64,000 nt of DNA from Eledone cirrhosa (lineage: Eukaryota), in assembly GCA_964016885.1 (NCBI GenBank), contig OZ024742.1, positions 39,060,001 through 39,124,000 on the forward strand. The letters run 5' to 3'. The translations under genes and the position numbers were made by a program. The notes below the pieces were generated by a model. That model made no database searches and had not been told where the DNA came from. It was given only the letters and a program-made list of their open reading frames with translations. Below are positions 51,896 to 64,000 of the stretch, piece after piece; the stretch's first letter is position 1; each line of letters begins with the position of its first letter.

Positions 51896-53036
51896 CAAGC
51901 AAATTATAAACGTAAACATGTAAGTATGTTTTTGAAACGGTGCGTGAGTTTGAAATTAGAAATTAGAAATTATAAGCTTTCACCGTATTTTAGACTAAAG
52001 AAATTTCTAGTCTGATAGTGGGGTTTATAACCCTCGGAGAAATGGAAAAAGATGAGTGTTGCCGTACATGGGAGTCGAATCCACATCTTTGGTTATCCAG
52101 ACAACTGTGCTACCATTACACCAATACACATCCCATCTCCTTCCATTCGAATTAGAAGCTATGAACTTAGCAAGTGAATGATAAACAAGCAAATTATAAA
52201 CGTAAACATGTATGTTTTTGAAACGGTGCGTATATATATATATATATATTATTAGAAATGTTAGCTTTCGCCGTATTTTGACTAAAGAAATTAAATAAAT
52301 TATTTAGACTGATAGTGGGGTTAAGAACCCTCGGAGAAATGGAAAAAGATGAGTATTGACGTACATGGGAGTCGAACCCACATCTTTGGTTATCCGGACC
52401 ACTGTGCTACCATTTACACCAACACATCACCCGTCTTTTTCCATTCAAATTAGAAGCTATAAACTTAGCGATTCTAATGTCAAGTAAGAATATTTTCGAA
52501 ACAGCGAGTTGATTTGAAATTATTAGAAATGTTAGCTATCGCCGTATTTTGACTAAAGAAATTAAATAAATTATTTAGCCTGATAGTGGGGTTAAGAACC
52601 CTCGGAGAAATGGAAAAAGATAGTATTGACGTACATGGGAGTCGAACCCACATCTTTGGTTATCCGGACCACTGTGCTACCATTTAATTTCTTTAGTCAA
52701 AATACGGCGATAGCTAACATTTCTAATAATTTCAAATCAACTCGCTGTTTCGAAAATATTCTTACTTGACATTAGAATCGCTAAGTTTATAGCTTCTAAT
52801 TTGAATGGAAAAAGACGGGTGATGTGTTGGTGTAAATGGTAGCACAGTGGTCCGGATAACCAAAGATGTGGGTTCGATTTCCATGTACGTCAATACTCAT
52901 CTTTTTCCATTTCTCCGAGGGTTCTTAACCCCACTATCAGGCTAAATAATTTATTTAATTTCTTTAGTCAAAATACGGCGATAGCTAACATTTCTAATAA
53001 TTTCAAATGAACTCGTTGTTTCGAAAATATTCTTAC
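51896..53036. mobile_element. Family G array: tandem and inverted units of about 270-290 bp containing a tRNA-like cloverleaf
   Basis: 51896..52230 (-, terminally redundant), 52250..52685 (-, tandem), 52685..53036 (+, inverted); (TA)n boundaries. Confidence 0.82.
52821..52892 (+). other. tRNA-like cloverleaf (tRNA-Gln-like D arm) inside a repeat; not called a functional tRNA
   Basis: GATGTGT/GTACGTC acceptor, GTGT/GCAC D stem with TGG, TGGT/ACCA anticodon stem, GTGGG-TTCGA-..CCAT T arm; non-canonical anticodon loop CCGGATA. Confidence 0.65.
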
Positions 53037-53054
53037 ATATATATATATATATAT

Positions 53055-53940
53055 AAAAGACGTAAAATAAGAAAATTATAAAAATTAACTTACTTACTAA
53101 AATTTCACTCCAACTAATTAGTTTCTGAAAGGGAATAAACATGGTTTCCGAATGGAACAACATGGAGAATGCCTTTCGTCATCAGGAGTCAATTCTCAGC
53201 TAAGTTCCCAGGCGATGCGTGGACACAGGGAACTTATACAAAAATAATTCAGTGGATGGAAAAAAGCAAGCGAGGACTAAATTCAAAGACATTGAAAAAA
53301 TCACTGCCTACTTGGTCGGTGGCAAATTCAAAAGAATCAATCACGTGACATCGAGGTTAATCAGTGAGGAGTGGGGTGTTAAGAAGACAGTAGCTGAACT
53401 ATTACTATGAACTATAGTAGCAGTTTTGGCAAATTTTTGCTCAACAAAACAATTTGGAGATAATTATAAAGAATTAGTATATCTACCAACATATATATAC
53501 ACTCCTCACTGATTAACCTCGATGTCACGTGATTGATTCTTTTGAATTTGCCACCGACCAAGTAGGCAGTGATTTTTTCAATGTCTTGGAATTTAGTCCT
53601 CGCTTGCTTTTTTCCATCCACTGAATTATTTTTGTATAAGTTCCCTGTGTCCACGCATCGCCTGGGAACTTAGCTGAGAATTGACTCCCTGATGACGAAA
53701 GGCATTCTCCATGTTGTTCCATTCGGAAACCATGTTTATTCCCTTTCAGAAACTCATTAGTTGGAGTGAAATTTTAGTAAGTAAGTTAATTTTTATAATT
53801 TTCTTATTTTACGTCTTTCATATATTTGTTCTGCATCCCCTTGCATTGAACCACAAAGTTACTAAGACAAAACCTATATAGCATAAACCTTGCTAGCATA
53901 GGTATGCATCTGTATATATATGTTGGTAGATATACTAATT

Positions 53941-53945
<5 letters not shown>
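53055..53945 (+). mobile_element. Family C fold-back element, copy 2
   Basis: About 320 bp inverted repeat (53056..53373 vs 53500..53818); explains the duplicated MDTGNLY.. ORFs. Confidence 0.85.
53684..53767 (+). ncRNA. Type I hammerhead with extended stem II (mirror copy 53107..53189 on -)
   Basis: actcc-CTGATGA-c gaaagg..cctttc a-GAAA-CTCATTAG-TT-ggagt. Confidence 0.75.
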
Positions 53946-54011
<66 letters not shown>

Positions 54012-54225
54012 AAAATGTTCAAGACCCCGACGACAGAGCTCAACCCGTTTCGACGGCTATTTCTGGACTCAGAAATAGCCATCGAAACGGCTTGAGGTCT
54101 GCTGTCGGGGTCTTGAACATTTTCATATTACCCTCACTACTACCCTACGTATTGAGTACTCTGGTGCGTTATGGTCCATCTGGTTCCTTACCACACTTCC
54201 TTCGTTATATATATATATATAATAT

Positions 54226-54399
54226 ATAAGAACAAAAGATGGTTAAAGGAGTTCCATGTATTTTATTATGCGCAATGGAACTCCTTTAACCATCTTTTGT
54301 TCTTATATATTATGTATACTCCAGTCCTACAAACTGTAGAGTGCTTCTTATCCGATATCTGCATTGCTTTATTGTACTACAATAAAACTCACCTCCTAC

Positions 54400-54401
<2 letters not shown>
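54226..54401 (+). mobile_element. Family E short fold-back element in (TA)n
   Basis: Inverted repeat 54226..54267 vs 54275..54306, plus a tail with the bulged hairpin. Confidence 0.65.
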
Positions 54402-54494
<93 letters not shown>

Positions 54495-55411
54495 GCATTC
54501 ATGTATATGTGTGTGTCCGCATGTATCTGTGTGTTTCTAAATATATTGTTAATAACTCCCTCTGGTCGAGCAATCTTTGAAGTGTGGGGACTGCTGGAAA
54601 GCTTCCATTACTCATACTTCTCGCCTCCTTCACCACCTCTTCTACGGCTTCGATATAAATACCCCCTCCGCCTCCGTGGTATTTTCTTCGGGGTTATAAG
54701 AGGCTTAGCTCTGTTTCTCGACCGTTATATCGCGTGACTATCTCCCCCTCCGCCTTTTGGGATTCTTTCTCACGTCGTGTAGACGCGTTCTTGAGACTAG
54801 TAAAATGAGGTATCCTCTTGATAAGTCGGCAGACCTCGCAAGGACTCTATATCTTTATGATGTATTGTTCTTGTTTATGCCACGAAACTACGTAGTCGAG
54901 GAATCTAGGAGCAGTTTAGGTATGATACATTTTATTACTAATTATATCTAAATGTTTCTTCTCTCTTCATAATGTATATATATCCATGTGCGTATTTTGC
55001 TTGTAGTTAGCCTCTTATCCGTTAGGACGAAGCTCGTTGAAGAAGTAAATATCCAGTCCGCTTGCTCTAGAAGTCTTATATATTTATATGTGAGCTGATA
55101 GAGTACAGTCTAAGGATTTATAGAAACCCAAGAAGCTAGATTTAACACCTTTCTAGTGGGTCCGGGTATGATTTTACATTCATTTAAATTATTGATTTAT
55201 TGATTTATTGATATTTTTTATCTGATTGTCCCGAATCTTCTATTATCGATTTTTTTATCGTACGGTTGATTTTAGACTTGTTCTATGTGTGACGGTATTT
55301 TAACGATAGTTATAGCTCTGATTCATCTGAATTATTGAGCCCTCTTCCGCTCATTTCGAATTTTGTTTATCGTGAACTCGTGCGCCGATTTTTCGATACT
55401 CGATCATTCTA

Positions 55412-55505
<94 letters not shown>

Positions 55506-55629
55506 GATCTAGCTGTCGAAACGGCTGTCGGGGTTCTCAATCTTTTCATATATATTGCATATACACATGCACACGATGTATATATACGCATATAAGCATA
55601 CACACATATATGTATGTATGTATGTATGA

Positions 55630-56051
55630 CTGTATATGAGGGAAAAGTTGCCTTTGAGGCATCTCGAATCGCATACGAGAAAGTAAAGCGGGATGTGAGG
55701 AAGGGCATTGCTGTTGCACTTCCAGACGGCGAGGGTCCTCCTATGGTGCTGACATGCAGCGTCTGTGCGAGACTCTGCCTAAGCAAAGCTGGACTCGAAA
55801 GTCATCTTCGCAGTCATAAAATAAGACCACTGGTTGACTACCGGGCTACTGTGGGAGATGCTACTCATCATGCTTGCCAAACATGTGGTAGAGAATGTAA
55901 ATCAGCAGGAGGGCTCAAGCGACATGCAAAAGTACACGAACTCCAACCACAGCCGACTATTCCCAGTGAATGTTTTGGTTGCCGACTCTGTGCAAGACAT
56001 TTTAGATCATTGGGTGGGCTAAAAAGCCACATTCGATCGCAGCGCTGTTAG
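55630..56051 (+). mobile_element. 3' fragment of an RTE LINE encoding three C2H2 fingers; probable tail at 56735..56815
   Basis: [75 protein letters not shown]; begins abruptly after (TATG)n. Confidence 0.75.
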
Positions 56052-56057
56052 TTGCTA

Positions 56058-56102
<45 letters not shown>

Positions 56103-56209
56103 TGTGTGTGTGTGTAGATATGCTTATGTGTGTGCGTGTGTGTGTGTATATATATATGTATATGTATATTATTATTGTTGTTGTTATTATTATTGTTGTT
56201 ATTGTTATT

Positions 56210-56541
56210 CCTTGAATCTCAGTCATTGATGTTGGTTAACTGGAAAGTCCGTTGGATTGAATATCAAGCCACTACCTGCAGCCTCAGATATTCAGGACGT
56301 ATCGGAGGGTTCTTGCCGTTCCAAGCAAGCATGCCTTTTGAAGCGTTCCAAAAAGCGTGAAGGGGCCGATTTTCTTTAACCATCCCTGGAAACCTTTGGA
56401 GATAGTCCCCAGTGCGCCTATGACAATCGGGATCACTTTGACTTCATGGCAGTTCCAAATCCTTTTCACCTCCCACTTTAGGTCCTGGTATCGGTTAATT
56501 TTCTCCCTCTCCTTCTCTTGTACTCTCGTGTCGAACGGGCA
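56210..56541 (-). mobile_element. 5'-truncated Dong-like (R4 clade) element in (TAA)n
   Basis: CPFDTRVQEKEREKINRYQDLKWEVKRIW..IPIVIGALG..LQKACLLGTARTLRYVL; (TTA)n-type tracts on both sides. Confidence 0.85.
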
Positions 56542-56678
56542 ATATTATTATTATTATTATTATTGTTATTAATGTATGTGTGTGTATATGTGTGTGTGAG
56601 TGTGTGTGTGTGTATGTGTGTGTGTATGTATATATATATATATATATATATATTTATTTTTTATTTTTATTATATTTT

Positions 56679-56714
<36 letters not shown>

Positions 56715-56816
56715 TTTTTCTTTCTCCTCGTGCAATGGCCATATTCGATAACGAGGGGGCAGCCATCATCATGTATGTATGTATGTATGTATGCATGTAT
56801 GTATGTATCTATGTAT

Positions 56817-57290
56817 GTTCTTTGGGTTTTATAATTTCACAAATTTTTACCAATAAAGAGAGAGAGTGGGTTTCTAACATAGACACAAGACTCATTGGAA
56901 TTTACACAACATCAACTAGGTAGATTATGTATGCATGCATGTGTAGATATAGATGTTATTGTATGTGTGGATGTATATGTTTTGAGTTGTATGTGTGCAT
57001 GTGTATATGCTTTGCATCTGTACATGTGTATATGCAGTTATTAGATGCTAAATTTTTGGAATGTTTTACATATTTTTACTGTTCCATTAATGGATTGTAC
57101 TTGTAATTTCCTAACTAGTTGTGTTCTTTCTGTTCCTGTGAAGCCTAGCTTCTCAATATTTGTATTGAGGCAGTAACTAACATACCCCAGTGCCCCAATA
57201 ATCACAGGCATAAATCTGAAGGTGTAATGAGGGTGGAGTATCTGCAGATTTCTCATCAGTTCTGCATAAATATTCTCCCTTTCGTTAATC
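56817..57290 (-). mobile_element. 5'-truncated R4-like element, second family, in (CATA)n
   Basis: ERENIYAELMRNLQILHPHYTFRFMPVIIGALG..KICKTFQKF; (CATA)n on both sides. Confidence 0.82.
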
Positions 57291-57456
57291 ATGTATGTAT
57301 GTATGTATGTATGTATGTATGTATGTATGTATGTATGTATGTATGTATGTATGTATGTATGTATGTATGTATGTATATCTCGTTCTCTTAATTTTGAGTA
57401 TATTTTTTTTGACCGGCCACCTTCCTGGTGGCAAGGTTGTAAAAGAAAAGTAATTG

Positions 57457-60400
57457 TCATCCCTTGAATCGCAAGAATGTTTTGCAAATTTTGAAGGTGC
57501 CAGCTATCGCAGCCATTTGTAGACTATGAATTAGGGAGCTGCGCTCTTTGTCCGCAAATCCAAGTTCAGTCATACTTTGGTCCAAGCGGGTTGGTATATA
57601 ACCCGTAGCTCCAATAATGATGGGTATGAAGCTAAAGGTGTATCTTGGATACTGGATTTGTAAACTCCTCATCAATGGTTTGTAGATGCCCTCCTTCTGC
57701 TGTATTTTTCTGACAACGTTTACATCAAGTGGTCAGCTGATCTCCACAACAGAACACGTTTTCAATGTGTGGTCCCAAACAACAATATCAGGCCGGTTGT
57801 GCTTTAACTTGGTGGCAGTTTTTATTTTCAGGTTCCACCAGTATTCCTTAGTGCCATCTGTCTCAATATATTCTTCCTCATTTGTTGTTAATTTTGTTTT
57901 CCGAAGTGCGTTCCAGATGGTTCTAGCTATCCCGCCGTGTCTCATGGGGAAGTAGTAGCGAGATGACATTCTTTCACAGCTGGCAACAATGTGGCTTACA
58001 TCCTCGATCTTTGTTTTACATAGCCTACATTTATTGTCAGCTGATGGCCCTCCCCTTTTGTGCTGCAGATATTTGGTAGGGAGTTCTTATTCCTGTATTG
58101 CATAGAGATATCCTTCAAGGTGTGATGTCATAAACTTGTCGGAACTCCATGCCAGGCTTTTTGAGTGGTTTATCCCCTTTATGGTCTGTGTTTTACGTCT
58201 CAAGTATCCATGCACAACTTTTTCTGTAAATTGGTAAATTTTTTCATCTTGTTTGAACATTGGATAGGATCTTCTGATTTCTCTGGGTGAGAGATTTATA
58301 TCAGGCTTTATTCCATATCTCTCCTCCAGTTCAGTGGCTATTCTAAAGATTCTTTTTTTCATGCTCATAAACCTGGGCAAGATGGTTGCCAACCATTTTT
58401 CCTCTGTTGAAGATGTTGCTTCAGTGTTACTATCCGGGTCTCATATGATGTTCATATGGATTTTAGACCCCGGCCACCTTCCTTACGTGAGAAGTATAGC
58501 CTATCCACATATGTTAAAGTTCCCAGTAACACTGAGAAGTTTGCGATTTCTAACATCAATCTCACTTCGTTCTTGCAATGACCAGTTCAGCAGGCCAAAT
58601 GTTGGCGTTAGAATTGGCACAGCATAAGTATTGTGTGCAATGTATTTGTTGTACGCTGACAGTTCTGATGACCATATTTTCTTTACTCTTCTGAGGTATT
58701 CAGTTCTGGTTCTCTCTTTATTTATGGGTCCATCATATCTGACATTCTCATCCTGTCCAAGATATCTGTAGTTGTCACCTGACTATAGAGGTTGTATTGT
58801 CAGGTCGTTCATCTCTAGATTTTTAGAGGAGGGCACTGCTCTTCCACGTTTTACTGCCAAATATGCACACTTGGACTCACCAAATTTCATTTTGATGTCT
58901 GTTGAAAATTGTGAGGTCCAATTGTTTCTTGATGTCATTGATATTTGGCCCATACAACTTCAGGTCATCAACAAAGAAAAGATGGGAGATACTTCTGGGC
59001 CCACTTCTTTCTTCACCTTGTTTCCTGAGTAGGTAAGGTAGTAGATTTAGTGAGAGAACGAAGGGTAGCACTGACAAGCTATCACCCTGAAAGATGCCTT
59101 TCTGGTAATGTATCTTATCAGTCTTAACTTGCTCCTTCTCACCTCTAAGGATCAAATTGGTGTACCAGTTCTTGGTCAGACGTTCAACAGCAGCAACCAG
59201 TGGTTGTGGGACTTTGGCTAACTGTAAAGCCTTAACAATCCACCCATGAGGTACACTATCAAATGCTTTTTGATAGTCCAGCCACACCACAGTCATGTTT
59301 CTGCGATTCTTTGTTGTTTTTTCTTGAATCATTTTATTAGTTAGTTGGTGATCTATGTAACCCCACGCCTCCCTCTTTCCACCAGCTTGCTCAGGTGTTA
59401 TGATGTTGTTGGTAGCACAGTGATCCTGTAAGAACAGGTTAAGGCACCCAGTATATAATTTATACATGATGTTTTGGCAGGCTATTGGGCGGTAATTTTT
59501 AGCAAGGGTGGTTTGGCTATTTTGGTGAATGAGGAGAGTAGTGGCAGTTGATAACCATCTGGGCAGTTCTTGTGTGCCTTTAATGGTTTCTGTAAACAGC
59601 CGTATGAGATCTTGCCGATAGAAAGTGAAATTCTTCAACCAGTATCCTGTAATGAGCTCTGGGCCTGGTGATTTCCTATTCGACATTTTCTGTAGAGCTG
59701 TTTCCAGTATTGACCCATCTATGTCATATTGTTTTGTCTGGACATGTTGGCAGTAATCCTGTTCCAGTTCTTTTAGCCAATTAGTTTGTCTGTTGAATCC
59801 GTCATCCGTTTCCCATACAGATCTCCAGTAGCTCTCAACCTGTTCTTTTGAATGGGTGTCATTTACAGAGATTGAGCTTTTGCCACTGAAGCTGCGATAA
59901 ACTGATTTAGGATCTCTGGCAAACAATCTATTTAGCACTTGTCGTTTATGTGCTGTTGACTTATATTTTAGTCTTTCTGTTGTAGCTGTGAGTTGTTGTT
60001 TCAACTGGTGTAATTTGGAGTTTAAAGTTTTAAATTTTGTATCTCCAAATCGTCTCTGTAACTTGTTCTTTAGGTCTTCCTGGTGTCGTGTGAAGTTGCT
60101 CTCTATGTTGCATTTCATAACGACTGCGATGTGTGAGATACTTCGTCTCAGGGACAAAATTTTGGTTTTTAAATTTCGCATCCACGCTGGTTCAGGCTTT
60201 TTGTTTGTATCTTGATTGCGTGGTTTTAGATGTTTGTTATATGATAGCAATGTGACAGCTGAAACATATAACAAAATGTTAAGCGTTTCAAATGTTTCTA
60301 CACGTTTATATCGTATAGCCTTCAGATAATTGTCAGCTATTTCGTTCACCGCTTCCAATTCCAATTTAGTGGGTTCTTTACTGATTCTGGTGTTGTATGG

Positions 60401-60948
60401 TCTGTCACTCACATTAAGGCTGTGTATCTCTTGAAACATATCGTCCCATATCACTTGTAAGGTGTCCACAAGTTTTTGGTGTCTGTTTGTACAGTAGAGT
60501 CATGAATTTCAGCCTCGTTGTTGATGTAGTGACAATTACTACTAGAGTTAGCTGACCTTTCTCGCTGTTCTTCAGTGGAGGTGGGATGGATTTCAGCAAA
60601 ATTGTTGGTGAACTGTTCACTGTTAGATTTAGCTGGCCATTCTCTTTGTCTGTCAGTGGAGGTGGGGTGGTTGTCTACAAGGGCTGTATTTGTAGTATCA
60701 CTCAATTCCGTTAGATGTATCAATTTACATCTAATGATACGTTTTGCCTGTTCATTTAAATGCTTTAGAGAAAAGTCTAATTCTGGGTGTTTGGAGTTCC
60801 ATAAAGTTTTTAGCCTTTGCATAAAACCGAACTTTTGGGGTTCAGATTGTTTGTATGCTTCATATAATTCTTTGTTGAGCTTGTAGCTCCACTGTATACA
60901 ACGGTTGTTGTTGCGATTTGGTCGAAGGAGACTTGTACGTTTTGCCAT
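57457..60948 (-). pseudogene. Disrupted single ORF (RT + REL) of the R4-like element
   Basis: Fragments 60451..60948, 58877..60469, 58087..58392, 57733..57969 and 57457..57675. Confidence 0.9.
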
Positions 60949-61341
60949 GATGAGTTCGTCTATTCACTAATATTTTGTATTTATTTTTCAAAATAGTCGA
61001 TGATCTTTAAACGTTTCGACAAAGTTCTGTCAGAATCAAATTTAAAGTCATTCACAGCTTGGGTAATATTTCTTTTCAGGTAGTTTTTAATTCTACAACT
61101 GTGTTTTAAACGTTGTTCTTGAATCGTTTGAATCGAGAACAAAAAGAACCGTTACTTAGTATATTTCTTTATGAATGTATTTATATGTTAAAGTTTATGT
61201 ATCATTCATATAAATAGGTGTTCTACAACATATTCACAACATATTCACAGTTCAAACACTTATGTTTTTGTTTCTGAATAGAAAACGTTACTTGCATATT
61301 TCTTTACAAATGTAATATAACACCGTTGCATTTATATGTTA

Positions 61342-61467
61342 AAGTGTATGTATCGTTCATATATCATAAGTGTATGTATCGTTCATATATCATAAGTGTA
61401 TGTATCGTTCATATATCATAAGTGTATGTATCGTTCATATATCATAAGTGTATGTATCGTTCATATA
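61342..61467. repeat. 26 bp tandem repeat (about 5 copies) in the R4-like 5' UTR
   Basis: Unit aagtgtatgtatcgttcatatatcat. Confidence 0.9.
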
Positions 61468-62789
61468 AATAGGTGTTTTACAACACACAGTTCAAACACT
61501 TATGTAGAATTATTGTATGTAATCTTATCGCGTTATGTAGCTCAACTTTTTCCAATATATGGTATGTTGTCTTCATGTAAGACGTAATTACACACGTCCG
61601 ATTATCGGACACTGACCACAACAGTCGCTATTGTATGTATGTATGTATGAGGGAGCTTATAGATAGGACAACACACGCTGTCTTTTCGTGGGGTAAGTTT
61701 TTAATTAATTTTTGTATTCTGAAACATCAAAATGCAACAATTTTTTGGTCACTGGACTCGGGAATGTCACGACAGAAGTTTGTAGAAGTTACACAAATAT
61801 TTTAGTATATTTTACCAGAGCAATCCTTATTTATATTTTACATTTTACATTTACTTACATCTCAATATAACATGGCTAAAATTCAAATTTTGCAAAGAGA
61901 AGAAAACGGACAAATGAACTAGATACATCTCACTGTCCCCCGCCACCACAATAACGTTTATACTCTCTCCCCACCATCACATGTCATTACCCTATCTAGA
62001 CTAAAGTCATCGACCTGTTGTCAAACTCTCTCTCAGTCAAACGACCAGATTTCAACCCCAACATCTACAACAACAACACCGGCACTAATGTTTACAGCAA
62101 CAACAGCTTCAGAATGAATTGAAATGAACATTTACAACAACAGCGGCATCAAACGATAAAAAAAATAACCCGCAAACAAACAAAAAAACTCAAAATAACA
62201 AAACACACACACACACGCACACAACACAACAACAACATCAACTGCCACGACGACCACCACCACCACCACGCCATCACCATCACCAACGACCGGGCCTTAA
62301 GAAAACAACTTTAATAATAATAATTTTTCTGCTTTTGGCACGGATCCAGCGACTGGTCCAGCGCATTACTGGTACTCTCTTTTGTTGACTCCGTGGGGAT
62401 GAAAGGCAAGGTTGACCTCGGCGGGATTTAAGCTCAGAGCGTGGAGAGCCATAGCTCTATGCTGTAAAGCAATTATAATAATACTGGACTGTAATACGAA
62501 CGGCTTCAACTATACAAACTCTTGAAAATCAACAGTTGACATAATCTTGTAATCTTGTATCAGTAATGACGGTAATATATATATATGTGTGTGTGTGTGT
62601 GTAAGTGAGTAGCGTGTGTGTGTTTGTTTGTATGTATGAGTGTTGCTGTGTGCGCGCGTATGCATGCGTGTGTGCGCGCGCGTATGTATGCGCGTGTGTA
62701 TGTCGTACGTAAAAGTGTCAATAAGTGAGTTTTTTTTTTTTTGCGCGGGGACATAAAAATAATCGGGCTGGATGCCCGATCGCGCAGTT

Positions 62790-64000
62790 AAACCACTGGG
62801 ATTGAAGAACCCCTAGCCCTTGTCAGGGCATTCTTCTAGGAGAAGGCATCTCAGGAAACTGGGTTAACTCCGATATAAAACCTGCGGCTCAGTAGTTACC
62901 GATGTTGTTGATCTTTTCTTCTTTTCGGTTTATAGCTACTGTCGCTCAGAGAGTGGGATTGGCTCAGTGCACAGTCTTTCCTCACTTTAAAAATATTCAT
63001 CACGCACAGGCATTGCACGAGTGCAATAATAATTATTAATAGTGTACTATTATTATTATTATTATTATTGTTACTATTATTATTACTTTTTTTTTTTTTT
63101 TCCAATTCAATGAAGTTCCAGAACAATATAAAAGAGATAATTGGCAATTTAGGTTCTGGAACAAAAAAGATAATTGGCAATAAGGGCAGGGGCCCAAGGT
63201 TATCACAGCCTGGGCCCGCTCGTCATCGTGCCATTGTAATAGAGCCAAACAAGGCATTTAGTCTTGGCTGCTGGAACGTACGAACGCTGCTTGACAGCGA
63301 TTCCTTGGGGCGTCCTGAACGAAGGACCGCTCTTGTTGCAAAGGAGCTTCGACGTTACGATCTTGACATCGTGGCTTTATCTGAGACGAGGTTAACTGGA
63401 GATGGTCATCTTACAGAATTTTGTGGAGAATATACATTCTTCTGGAAAAGAAGAGATGAAGGAACCAGAAGAGAGGCTGGGGTAGGATTTGCTGTTAAGA
63501 CTGTTCTTGTGAATAAATTAGAAGAATTCCCAGTAGGGATTAGTGAGCGTCTTATGTCCATGAGAATTCCGCTGGACAAACGAAGATATGCGACCCTGGT
63601 GAGTGTGTATGCTCCAACTATGATTTCTGTCGATGAAGAAAAAGTGTCCTTTTACCATGCCTTGAAAGGTGTTTTAAGAAATATCCCTCAAGCAGAGAAA
63701 GTCATCGTGCTTGGTGACTTTAATGCTAGAGTGGGTAGGGATTTTAACACATGGAATGTAATCGGAAGGCATGGGGTGGGAAAGTGTAACAACAATGGTA
63801 TGCTCCTGCTGCAGATGTGTGAGGAGCTGGATCTGTGTGTTACCAACACCATGTTCCAACAAAAGAACAAATTCAAGACCACATGGATGCATCCTGGATC
63901 TAAGGAATGGCATCTTTGGACTACGTCCTAGTCAGGATGCGTAACAGACAGGATGTGTAGTGTGTTCGTGCTCTTCGTGGAGCTGAGTGCTGGACGGACC
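62790..64000 (+). mobile_element. 5' part of an RTE (BovB-like) LINE, defective, running off the window
   Basis: APE motifs CWNVRTLLD, PERRTALVAKEL, IVALSETR, SVYAPT, LGDFNARVG, TTWMHP. Frameshift near 63915 and a stop near 63960. The 5' UTR is shared with 43998..44205. Confidence 0.9.

Larger units (their letters stand above)
57378..61632 (-). mobile_element. Near full-length, decayed R4/Dong-clade retrotransposon in (CATA)n
   Basis: N-terminal QWSYKLNKELYEAY..RLKTLW domain; RT motifs KSPGP, NYRPIAC, WLDYQKAFDSVPH, GIFQGDSLS, HLFFVDDLKLY; CCHC and REL; multiple frameshifts. (CATA)n at 57292..57376 and 61633..61649. Confidence 0.92.

Noticed and set aside
52821-52892. Functional tRNA gene
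   Set aside because: Non-canonical anticodon loop, several G-U pairs and mismatches, and a multi-copy position inside a mobile repeat.
53219-53654. Duplicated MDTGNLYKNN.. small ORFs
   Set aside because: A by-product of the family C inverted repeat; not preserved in the copy at 45490.
55614-56051. Host C2H2 zinc-finger gene
   Set aside because: It lacks TGEKP linkers, starts in a microsatellite, and matches the RTE ORF C-terminus and the finger in the RTE derivative at 3818..4430.

Overview
AT-rich eukaryotic intergenic or intronic DNA, saturated with microsatellites and retroelements. The SINE and microsatellite make-up suggests a cephalopod (octopus-like) genome, which is an inference. 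No host gene can be supported, and most ORFs in the track are microsatellite artefacts. Recognisable content: (i) two tandem Tx1/L1-clade LINEs, one apparently intact, each bounded by (TATC)n; (ii) R4/Dong-clade REL-endonuclease LINEs in (CATA)n and (TAA)n; (iii) RTE and CRE-like fragments and bipartite RTE derivatives; (iv) a 5'-truncated Penelope-like element (RT thumb + GIY-YIG, Naiad-like); (v) tRNA-derived SINEs, a non-autonomous Helitron and a 3.7 kb minisatellite. The most striking unexplained structure is a set of at least 8 sequence-unrelated short element families sitting in (TA)n. They show terminal redundancy and/or fold-back inversions, many carry type I hammerhead ribozymes, and most share a 3' hairpin with a 2-nt bulge. 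One family is the 3' end of the Penelope element in the window. This points to a Penelope-mobilised, retrozyme-like system. All folds and alignments were done by eye, so boundaries are approximate.
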